Assembly (NCBI GenBank): GCA_043228905.1
Contig: JBHGNT010000010.1
Span: forward strand, 19,902,001 to 19,966,000
DNA from: Azolla caroliniana
Lineage: Eukaryota > Plantae > Polypodiophyta
Reading direction: 5' to 3'
Length of the DNA: 64,000 nt
The notes beneath the pieces are model-generated. The model worked only from the letters and a program-made list of their open reading frames with translations. It was not told the origin of the DNA and did not search any database. How positions within the stretch are numbered: position 1 is the stretch's first letter; each line of letters starts with the position of its first letter. A program made the translations under genes and the position numbers. Positions 54,357 through 64,000 of the stretch are shown one piece after another.

Positions 54357-56483
54357 ATGAAGGGGTCGGATCTTGCGGAGGCCATGGCTTCGGCCGTGGA
54401 TCGGATATTGAGCGCACGTGAGGGCACCGACGCCCTCGACAGAGCCATTGAGGTGGTCGTCGGTACGATCGGCCGGTTCAGCGGAAAGGATGCCACGAAG
54501 TATTTGGCGTCCTACGGGGCAGAAATGCTGATGCGGGACATTCCGGAAGAGAGGCGTCTTGCCGGGTTCCCTCGAGTGGCGATGCTGAGCATCCATGCGG
54601 AGGTGCTCGAGGTACGGGCGGAGAGCCGTACCTGGGAGGAGTTTGAAGGCCGACTCCTAGAGAAATACGGGCTGGACGACGCGCTCCGGCTTTCGAAACG
54701 GGACTTCATGGAATGGGTGGAGTTCCCCGGCAAGGGAAGAAACGCGTCGGCACTCCTCCGGGAGTTTGAGGAACGCTTTGCGCGCCTTTCGGCGCTTGAC
54801 CGAACCGTTCTGGATACGAGCCGGGTCCTACTGTTCGTCAAGTCGATGGACGAGCGGGACCGGGATCAAGTCGGCTCCTTGCTGGAAACCGAAGACGGGC
54901 TGACGACCGACTGGGCTGCGGTTAAGAGAGTCTGTGGCCGTTTCGACAAACGGCGAGAATGGGTTGATAACGGGGCGGCCGGTGCGGGCTCGGTCATAGC
55001 AAGGAGGCTTGAACCGGCACCGCAAGGGCGAAGGGAAGAGACCCGGGAGCGGCTCGAAACCGGTTCGGCTTCGACCGGCATGGTCAATGGCTCGTCCGGA
55101 GGAGCAACGTTGGAGGAGTTGACGCGGGCGATAAAGGATCTCCAGATCGCCCAGGCTCGAAGGGAAGGCGACGAACCGGCTCGTGACCGACGACCGGCAA
55201 CAGGGAACAGGTGCATGTGGTGCGACGAGGTCGACCACATCCGGAAGGACTGCGGCGATTTCGCAGAGGCGTTGAGGAACCGAGTGGTGTACCTATGGGA
55301 AGGCCGGGTGCACGCCAGCGACAACAGAAGGGCCCTAAACCGAAACGACGGGCGAGGAGGAATGAAGAGACTGATGGAAGAGGCAACGGCCTGACACGTG
55401 GAGGCCATCCACTACTCGGCGTCGGCCAGCATTCGGGTCGGGGGCAACGAGGCCCGAAAGGAGAGCAAAGACGGATTCTGGTCGGCAATGCTGGAAGGCC
55501 TCGCCGGCGCACGGCTGAGGAAAGATGAAGCGGACCGCGCTGAGAGACGGGTCCGGGAAATAACCGGGTGGAGCGACCCGGTCGAGGAGAAGACGGGCTT
55601 CGTAGAAGCCGCCTGCAGGAACTACGAGGCTCTGGTAGAAGACAAACAAGTGGGGAAAGCCGGAGCGGCCGGGCCCTCACAACGATACGAGACCCGATTC
55701 GGGCAACGACAGAACGAAGCCGCTGGGTCCAGCGCGCAAGATAACCCCAGGAAGGGCGGATACCGACTGGGGACGGAAATAGAAAGGGCCACGGACCTAC
55801 GAAAGGTCCTAGAAGAACGGATCCTCGACAACAAAGTGGAGCTGTCATTGCGGGAGGTGCTAGGGATCACTAAGAAGGAGTTCCACGACTCCATTGTGGA
55901 CTTGGTGAAGCGGAAGAGGCTGTCGACGGAGACGGAACCGGAAAGACCGGTGGAGGTGCGGACGATGCACATCGACGACATGGCGCTGGAAGATGAGTGG
56001 GCGGAGAGCCACTATTTGAGGCCACACTGGGCCCGAGCGACCACGGAGACCCCGATAAAGATCGGAGATGTCCATGAACCGGTGGTGGCACTGGTGGACC
56101 ACGGTTCGGAAATAAACCTGATGTCCATGGATTTCTACAAGAAGGGAAAATGGCCGATCAACACCAAGCACGAGTGGAAGATACGTGCGGCAACGCGCGC
56201 CACCGAGGAACTGCACGGGGCCTGCCCGAACATGCGAGTCAAGATTGGCGACGCCGAGATTGACCAGCACTTCTTCGTACAGGAGACGTCCTCGCACCCG
56301 GTCATATTAGGGGAATCGTACATCACGGCGGCGCGAATGGAGACCAAGGTGCTGGACAACGGTTCGGCCTACGCGAGGGTCAAAAGCCAGGACGGGCGCC
56401 ATTCGGTCCAATTTCTGACGGTGCGGCCGAACCACGAGCGAAACCGCGAATCCCTCGGTGGCGAGAACCGAGAGGATTTTTAG
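54357..56483 (+). pseudogene. gag: ORF1 of element A: Gag (CCHC knuckle) fused to aspartic protease, with one premature TGA at 55392
   Basis: ORFs 54357-55394 and 55398-56483 are in the same frame. CMWCDEVDHIRKDC is a CX2CX4HX4C knuckle and ALVDHGSEINLM is the protease active-site motif. Element C has CGA (Arg) where A has the TGA. Confidence 0.9.
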
Positions 56484-56527
56484 AGAGGGCTGCCAAGGCG
56501 TGGGGCCGAGACAGTCCGGACACTCGG
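56474..56527 (+). promoter_or_regulatory. Candidate -1 programmed ribosomal frameshift signal (G GAT TTT plus H-type pseudoknot)
   Basis: Heptamer 56474-56480 directly before the ORF1 TAG, then a 6-nt spacer. Stem 1 is GGGCTG/CAGTCC and stem 2 is CCGAG/CTCGG. The -1 frame is open from 56480 to 56905. Confidence 0.7.
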
Positions 56528-59500
56528 GAAAGACCCCACAACTGTACGATAGAACCGAAACCGAAGAAACCTTGTACGATAGGTAGAAAATTCTGCTTCT
56601 CCAACAACGGAGGGTGTATGATAGTCGGTATCGTTGGCCGAGAAAGGGCAAGGGCGGAGGAGCGACTTCGAGCGTGCGGAGTTCTCGGCCTGGACGAGGA
56701 AATCAGCGGGGCCGTGGAGGCGGTCTCCTTCGACGACACCTTGGGGATGCTGAGGAAGGTAGCCGAAGAAGACCTTAACGAAGACCGGACGATATCGGTA
56801 TGTTCCGAAGAGATGTACGAAGTCATCGCGAACTTCAGTCAGGGGCTCGGGTCGGATCGGAGGCCCGAGTTAGCACAAAGTACAAGACTGTGGACCGGAA
56901 GGTAAGGCCAGTCATGGCACCCTTACCGGAGGGCAGCGAGTCCCGAATCAGAGGGGTTGCGTCGGACCCCAGCTTACGAGATCCGGTCTGCATAGGACAC
57001 ACCTTCACCGACGGGACGCTCCGGGAGCTCAAAATAGGTGGGGGCGGGTTCTTACTGCCGGCGGAGTAAGACCGGTTTCGGAGAATGCTCGGAAGGCACG
57101 GGAAAGCCTTCGCATTCTCACCGGAAGAGATCGGGTGCGCAGACCCGACAATCGTGGAGCCGATGGTGATATTCACGGTACCGCATGTGCCGTGGAATCT
57201 CAAGCCGATTCTAGTACCGAGAGCTCACATCCCAAAGTTGATGGAGCTATTGAGGCAAAAGGTCGATATGGGCATTCTCGAACCGTCGAGTGCCCCATAC
57301 TCGAACCGATGGTTTACCGTACCAAAGAAAAACGGAACATTGCGCTTCATTCAAGACCTGCAGCCGGTCAATAGAGTGACCATTCGGAACGCAGGAATCG
57401 GACCGACCATAGACGAGTTCGCGGAGGCCTTCTCCGGAAGGTCGATTTACTCGGTCGGTGATCTGTACTCGGGGTACGACCAGTTCCAGCTAGCCGTGGA
57501 GAGCAGAGACATTACGACGATGCGAACTCCCCTCGGCCTAGTGCGAATGTGTACCATGCCACAAGGAGGGACCAACTCAGTGGCCCACATGGTGGATGCA
57601 ATGAACAAGGTACTGAGGGATTGCATCCTGGACATCACCATGCCATTTCTAGACGACATCCCGATCAAGGGGTGCCCGGTGGAAGAGAAGGACGCAACAC
57701 TCGGACCAGACGGATGCCGACGATTCGTGGCAACACACATCGACGACTGCGAGAAGGTGCTACAAAGGCTAGAGGATGCGAGGCTCACCTTCTCCGGGGA
57801 GAAATCGGCCTTCGGGCAATCAGAAATCCTGGTGGTCGGACACCTATGTGGACCATATGGCCGGAAGCCGTCTCCGGCAAAGGTAGAAGCCATCTCCGCG
57901 ATGAAGACCGACTGTAGCTCGGTTACGGAAGTTCGGAGGTTCCTGGGGGCATGCGTATTCTACCACATATGGATCCCGCATTACGCCCACGTTGCGGAAC
58001 CGCTATACGAGTTGCTGAAGAAGGGGCGAAAATTCGAGTGGCGAGATGAGCACACAGAGTCGGTTCAGAAGTTGAAGGAAGCTCTTGCGGCAGCACCGGC
58101 GCTCCGGAAGGCTGTCTACGAGAAGGGTACCCCGGTATACATAACGGTGGATACGAGTCCGACCGGGATCGGATGGGTCGTCAACCAAGAAGACGGGGAC
58201 GACATTCAGTTCCCGATCCGATTCGGCGCGAAGGTCCTCAGTGAGCGACAACGAGGGTACGCCCAGGTTAAACGCGAACTCTGGGGTATCGTTTCGGCAG
58301 TAAAGGCCGACAAAGACTACCTGATCTGGACAGAAGTGATTATCGAGATGGATTGCCTGCCAATTCTCGGCATGGTTTCCGGATGCGCGACACCGGACCT
58401 GGCGATGCTCAGGTGGATAGCGTACATCAAGTCCCTGGACCCAGAAATACGACACATTTCCGGAAAGGACAACGCCATGGCCGACATGCTTTCGAGGACG
58501 AGGTTTGATGACGAGGGGGGCATGGTTTCGGAGGACGAAGAAGTCGGCGTGGACTTCTTCGAGGCAACGTATGTGACGACCGATGGGACGAGCACTCCGG
58601 CACTTAACGGCTTCGACGAGAGCAAGTACGACGGCGAGTGGCTACAAATCGGTGGTTTCTTGAGGACAATGACGCCGGATGCGTCATGGAGGAGAGACGA
58701 GGCCAACTGGATCCGGAAGAAAGCATACCGATTCTTTCTCCGGGACGGATACTTATGGAAGCACCCGAAGAAGAGGAACGACGTCCCGCTCCGGGTGGTG
58801 GCGATGAAGGAAGAACAGGAGGAGCTGCTGACGGCCTACCACGACAGCCCTTGGGCCGGACACCGAGGAACGTGGGCCACGTTCGAGAAGATAAAGGGGA
58901 AGTACTGGTGGCCAGGACTGTACCGGGACGTGCATCGGTTCGTGACAACTTGCGAGAGCTGTCAGATGCACTCCATAGTCCGACATCGGGACGGGCTTCA
59001 CCCTACGTACCCTCCGACCATCCACTTCAAATGGATGGTAGACCTGGTGACGATGCCGATGGGAGTAGGACAGATGCGGTATCTGGTCCTGGCTCGGGAA
59101 GATCTGACGAACCAGGTGGAAGGCCGGGCCCTTCAGAACAAAACGACCGCAACCGTATGTCGGTTCCTGATCGAGGACGTGATATGCCGGTACGGGTGCG
59201 TCGGGAAGATCGTGGCTGATCGCGGGGAGTTGGACGCCGAAGAGGCCGAGGAGCTGTTCGACCGGCTAGGAGTCAAGCTCTCGCTTACCACTGCGTACAA
59301 TCCGGAGGCGAATGGAAAGGTGGAGCGTGGACATGGACCGATCGTCAAGGCGTTAGTTCGGGCATGCGGAGGTCAAGTCGGGAACTGGCCGCGGCTGCTG
59401 CCTTACGCGTTGTGGGCTGACCGAACTACGCACAGTTCGGTAACCGGATTCATGCCGACAGAGCTCATGTTTGGGCAGAAGCCGATCATGCCGATGGAAC

Positions 59501-59976
59501 GTACGATCTTCTCATGGGCAATCGTGGACTGGAGAGACGAGATGAGCTGGGAGGAACTATTGGCGGCGCGCATACGTCAACTCGAGCGAAGGCCGGAGGA
59601 CGTGGAGCAGGCTGCGGGAAAGCTTCGGGAAGCAAGGATGAGGAACAAAGCCCGGTTCGACCTAACGCACCGGCTCCGACCGAAGAAGATCGAGGAAGGC
59701 GACTGGGTGCTAATCTACGACAACAGCCTCGACAACCAGCACCGAGCGACACGGAAGTTCGCAAGAAGGTGGTTCGGGCCTTACGTGGTACAAAGCGCTA
59801 ACGACAACGGGACGTACCATCTGGCGGAACTCGACGACACGAGAATGGCGATACCGGTAGCTGGGAAGCGGATCAAAGCGTTCAAGAAGCGTCACGACGA
59901 CGAGCCGGATCCGGTTAACCTGGACTGGGACGACGAACGATCCGAAACCGAGGAAGAACCGACGGGCGGGGAATGA
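56480..59976 (+). pseudogene. pol: ORF2 (pol) of element A: spacer, RT, RNase H and integrase; the 963-aa stretch 57085-59976 is open
   Basis: RT: YSNRWFTVPKKNG, DLYSGYDQF, MPQG, FLDD. RNase H: TVDTSPTGIG, KRELWG. Integrase: HDSPWAGH...CESC, a D..D..E core and GPY, with no chromodomain. Lesions: a probable 1-nt frameshift between 56779 and 56905 and a TAA at 57067. Confidence 0.92.
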
Positions 59977-60036
59977 AGGCTGGACCGGTTTTCTCTCTCC
60001 CAACTCAATTTGGCGCATGCCGGTGGATGCCCGGTT

Positions 60037-60049
60037 AGGTGGGGACGGA
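60037..60049 (+). promoter_or_regulatory. Polypurine tract of element A
   Basis: AGGTGGGGACGGA immediately precedes the 3' LTR. The equivalent site in element B is AGTGGGGGCAAA. Confidence 0.75.
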
Positions 60050-60696
60050 TGTTGTGAAGAAAACCGTCCACAAGCGGAATCGGTGCACCGGAGCGTAGGA
60101 ACTGGCTCTTCATGCACGTGCGCCATATGTTGTACATAAGAGAGAATTAGGTACATAGAAGATCCTAGGTAGGTAGATTCGGTAGGAAGGAAGTTAATGG
60201 GAAACGGCTCCTTTCTTGCCTATAAAAAGGGGGGAGACGAGGAGGAGGAAGGGGGATCGCGGTTAGAGAGGATGAAGTGTTGTCGGGTTGTCGGCTGAAG
60301 GCTTCTCTCTCCTCCATACTCCGTAGCTTCTTCCTGTGCAGGGTTTCGGGAGGCTCGCGCTGCTCTGAGGAATGCCCAAGTGCTTCCGGCAGCACCTCCA
60401 ACCTACTCCTTTCTTTCTGAGCGTTTACGAACAAGCATCGGCATCTGTTCGCCGACCTGTTTGGTTGTAACGGACTTCGGGCTTCTTGTTGTTTGTCCTT
60501 GTTAATATATATATACATACATTCGTGTCTCTCTACGTCGGTGTCCCACTCGCGTCTTTGTGTCGAAGGGCCGTGTCCCTGTGAATCTACGCCCACACGT
60601 AGTGGGTCCCTTCCCTTCTCCTTTGTCTCTTGCTCTTCGGTACAAGACCCCCGAGGCCCTGCCTCATTCCACTCATCCGCGAGTAATACCTCGACA
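60050..60696 (+). repeat. 3' LTR of element A
   Basis: TGTTGTGAAG...CCTCGACA, 647 bp, a direct repeat of 53667-54313. Confidence 0.96.
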
Positions 60697-60781
60697 ACGA
60701 GCCGCCACGTTTACCTAACCATTCGCCAACGGGAACCACATTATGACCGATTTGCCACCAAAAAAACTTTATCTTTTCCGG
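60697..60781 (-). mobile_element. L1-clade LINE copy 3, continuation after element A
   Basis: The minus strand encodes PEKIKFFWWQIGHNVVPVGEWLGKRGGS, matching 1709-1790. Confidence 0.92.
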
Positions 60782-62053
60782 TGTCGCGGTTTTCCGTGTG
60801 TGCGTGTCAAAGGGGCGGGATCACGGGGGTCTCGGACGAGGAAGAGAGGGATGCTAGGAAACCGACTCCAGACACGTACCAGAGGCAACCAAACACGAGA
60901 GAGAGAGAGAGAGAGAACACCGACTCTTATGTACAGGAAACAAAGGAGGGGGGGAGCTATGCACCCAACACCATGAGAGACACCAATATGCGTAAACAGA
61001 TATGAATAAATATATTACAAAGGGGAAGATACAACCCCGGCTTCGAGCCGGATACACTCAGAAGAAGAAGAAGAACTTAACCCAAACAGAGCTTTGCCAC
61101 CATGGCTGCCGCACCCAACTTCTCAAGAAGGAGAAGAAGAAGAAGACCACAAGTAAGAAAGTTACTCACCCTAGAAAATTCTTAACAAAATGACCCTCGA
61201 CCAAAATGGTATACCCTTGTGACTCAAAATGGGCAACCCATTTACAAGGGACCCTCCCTTCCTTTTATAGCACAAGGAGGGAGGTGCGTAACAATGTGGG
61301 ATAAATCCCGATTTACATGGGATTCTCAGTCCCGACTTGACCCTTTTATTCACACGTTTTACAAGGATAAGTGCACATGATGCACTCCGCTGATTCTTTT
61401 GATATTCCCTAGTTTCTCACTATGGCCCGAAATCTTCACGACATTTGCCCCCACTAAACCGCACGTCCACCAATACGTGCCAAGTTCGGAGAAGGGTGAG
61501 AGATTCCGGTAGGTGAGGAACCGGTCTTCCGTAATCCGCATTCCGGCTACGTGTTGGCCTTGCCGGTCTAAACTGTCGGCACCGATTCCTTCTTCGTGTT
61601 TGCCTCCCCGTAGGCTTGTTCAACCTGTCGATAGGTCATTCGCCGCGATCCCGTAGCACACGTGCTTCCCGTTGGCCCTTCTTTCGACCGCATGCACGCT
61701 TCTCGTTCCTTCAAATACGCGGTGTCCTCCGTCCGAGGAGCACCCGTGATGGCCCGCTTGGCCTCTGTCGACCTTCGCTGTTGCCATTGGTTTGGGGCCT
61801 TCCGCTTGCTGTCATCCCCTCACCCCCACCAGCTAGTTATCTCGGGTTTGGCCTCTAACGCCAGTTGTTGCCATTGCGACTGAGCCGCCGAGATCTCCGA
61901 AGTGGGTGTGGAGGATCCTTCTCCGGCCCTCGATCTTGTTTCCGGTCTCCATTCCGCGTAGTCCATTTACGCGCGCCCGTGCTCTCGTTCCCGGCACCGC
62001 CGTGTGCCTTCTTTCTCCTTGTTCGGTACCACCTGTGCCGAACGTTGTCCCGT
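60782..62053 (-). mobile_element. Ty3/gypsy element B, reverse orientation: 3' LTR (61443-60782, 662 bp) plus 3' internal region, interrupted by element C
   Basis: On the minus strand the LTR starts TGTCGTGAAG, as in A, and ends ...AACCGCGACA. It has CTATAAAAGG at 61270-61261. The upstream PPT block is homologous to the pre-LTR block of A. Confidence 0.82.
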
Positions 62054-62660
62054 TGTCGTGGAGAAAACCGGCCATAGGAGGAAACGGGGAAAAAGATGCA
62101 GAAATAGACCCTTACGTGTGGCCGCGCTATTTGTTAAGATGTAAATAAACTAGGTAGTACACATTAATTGTCTAGGGAATCCAAGCGTATCTCAGTCCGA
62201 CGGGACAGAGGATAAATGTATGTAACCGAGGGAGTAACGGTCTTCCCCGGAAGCCTATAAAAGGGAGGGGAGAAGACTGATACAGGGATCACGCATTTTT
62301 GAGTGGACGAAGTGCTGTCGGACTGGGAACTGAGCTCTCCCCTCCACTATCGTTGTTGCTTCTGCAGGGATTTTGGGTTAGGTTGGTTGCCTCAGTTGCG
62401 TGAAAGCCCGAGTGCTTCCGATAGAGGCTCCACTACGTATTTTAGTGCGTGTGTTCGACTGTGTTGAGTCTGTCACCGGCTTGCTGGTTGTAACATTGCA
62501 AGCTCTATAATCTACAATACTGTTATTGGAATTGATTCTTTCCTTCTGTCTCTCTGTGTTTCTGCGAATCTCTCTCCCTCTTCTCTCTCACGCTCCTCGG
62601 TTCAGGGCCCTCGCGGTCCCGCCTTATTTCATACGCGAGAACTTAACAACACAACATATT

Positions 62661-62678
62661 TGGTGAACCCGACGTGAA
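62661..62678 (+). promoter_or_regulatory. Primer-binding site, tRNA-Trp (element C)
   Basis: TGGTGAACCCGACGTGAA is an 18-nt complement of the plant tRNA-Trp 3' end as I recall it. Confidence 0.88.
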
Positions 62679-62701
62679 ACAAGGCCGTAGAGGAGTTGAA
62701 G

Positions 62702-64000
62702 ATGAGGGGATCGGAGCTTGCCGAAGCCATGGCGGCAACAATTGATCGGATAGTAAGTGCTCGCGCGGGCACATGCGCCCTCGACAGGGCCATCAAAGCG
62801 ATTGTCGACACGGTAGGCCGGTTCAATGGAAAGAACACCAGGAGTTATTTGGAGGCCTACAGGGCCGAAATGGTGATGAGGGACATTCCGGAAGATAGGC
62901 GGTTGGCCGGTTTCCCTCAGGTGGCGACGCCATGCATTCACGCAGAGGTGCTCGAGGTACAAGTTGGATGCCGGACCTGGGGAGAGTTTGAAGGTCGGAT
63001 CCTCGAGAAATATGGGCTCGATGACTCGCTTCGGCTTTCAAAGCGGGATTTCATGGAGTGGGTGGAGACCCCCAGAAAGGGGAGGAATACGTTTGCGCTC
63101 CTCCAGGAATTTGAAAAACGGTTCGCTTTGTTGTCGGCGCTGGACCGGACTGTGCTCGACACGAACCGGTCCTGCTGTTCGTCAAAGCGGTGGACGCGTT
63201 GGACCGGGAGAAAGTGGGTCTCCTATTGGAGATGGACTAAGGGCTCACGACAGACTGGGCCGTGGTAAAACAAGTCTATAGTCGTTTCGATAAACGACGT
63301 GAATGGAGCGGCGAGGGATCGCTAGTAGTAGGGATGATCCCGACAAGGAAGTTCGAGGGTAAGGAAAGATGAGACTCGAACTTGGCTGGAGTTGGGTGCG
63401 GGCCCGTCTGACGCTGTCAAGGGACTCTCCGGGGGATCAACTCTAGAGGAGTTGACACAAATGGTGCGGGATCTCTAGATCGCGGAGGCTCAGAGAGACA
63501 GCAACGAACAAACTCGTGTCCGGAGGCCGCCGGCAGGGCAACGATGCATGTGGTGTGACGCAGTCGGTCACATCCGGAAGGAGTGCGTGGATTTCGCAGA
63601 AGCGCTCAGGGCTAACATGGTGTACCTCTGGAATGGGTGGGTACACGTGAGCGAAACTCGGAAGGCCCTGGAGTTGAATACCGGGCGCGAAGGAATGAAG
63701 CGGTTGATGGAGGAAGCTGCGGAACGACATGCAAAGGCCATCCACTACTCGGTGTCGGCAGGGATCCGGGTCGGGGGTGACGAGGATCAGAAGGCGAAAG
63801 GCTCCAGATTTTGGCCACTGGTGCTAAAGGGCCTCTCCGGGGTTCGACTAAAGGAGGAAGAGGCGGATAGCGCAGAGCAGCGGATCCGGGGGGTCACCGG
63901 ATGGGACGATCCGGTCGAGGAAAAGACTGGCTTCATGGAAGCCGCGTAACAAAACTATGAGGTTCTGGTGGAAGATAAATGCTGTTGCGAAGTTTCGCGC
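62702..64000 (+). pseudogene. gag: Disrupted gag of element C
   Basis: MRGSELAEAMAATIDRIV... and CMWCDAVGHIRKEC align with A. There is a frameshift near 63170 and several in-frame stops. Confidence 0.88.

Larger units (their letters stand above)
53667..60696 (+). mobile_element. Full-length Ty3/gypsy LTR retrotransposon A (7030 bp), non-chromovirus, coding regions disabled
   Basis: Two 647-bp TG...CA LTRs, 4-bp TSD ACGA (53663-53666 and 60697-60700), PBS, PPT, and gag-PR-RT-RH-IN domain order. Confidence 0.97.
62054..64000 (+). mobile_element. Ty3/gypsy element C (relative of A): 5' LTR 62054-62656, PBS and degenerate gag, running off the window
   Basis: LTR TGTCGTGGAGAAAACCG...CACAACA with CTATAAAAGGG. 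PBS at 62661. The gag sequence is colinear with A. Confidence 0.92.

Noticed and set aside
55392-55394. In-frame TGA between gag and protease as programmed stop-codon readthrough
   Set aside because: Element C has CGA (EEAAERH) at the same codon, so this is best explained as CpG deamination in copy A.
56779-56905. Second frame change in pol as another programmed frameshift
   Set aside because: No slippery heptamer is visible in the overlap. A 1-nt deletion in a dead copy is simpler.
53782-60596. Many 60-250 aa antisense and alternate-frame ORFs over element A and its LTRs
   Set aside because: Expected shadow ORFs of GC-rich coding DNA, with no recognisable motifs.

Overview
Eukaryotic land-plant genomic DNA, AT-rich and CpG-poor outside the transposons. 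The retroelement type suggests a seed-free plant such as a fern, but that is inference. I reconstructed three spliced host genes by hand: a TON1-recruiting-motif (TRM/DUF4378-type) gene (+, 23971-27626, 4 coding exons), a cyclin T-like gene (-, 41447-35464, 6 exons) and actin-interacting protein 1, AIP1 (+, 44176-49117, 6 exons, one GC-AG intron). The first ~21 kb is mostly decayed repeat sequence, with two 5'-truncated L1-type LINE copies, a hAT MITE with an 8-bp TSD and microsatellites. From ~50 kb on is a transposon stack: an old Gypsy RT remnant, a Mutator-like MITE with a 9-bp TSD, and a third LINE copy. That LINE copy is split by a complete 7.0-kb Ty3/gypsy element (A) and abutted by a second, reversed element (B), which is itself interrupted by a third (C). 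The most interesting system is this Gypsy family. It has tRNA-Trp primer sites, a 4-bp TSD, and junction tetramers that are all centred on CpG. Its ORF1 is Gag plus protease, linked to RT-RH-IN by a candidate -1 frameshift signal (G GAU UUU, 6-nt spacer, H-type pseudoknot). No tRNA, rRNA or CRISPR features were seen. All calls were made by eye with no database search, so novelty cannot be confirmed from the sequence alone.
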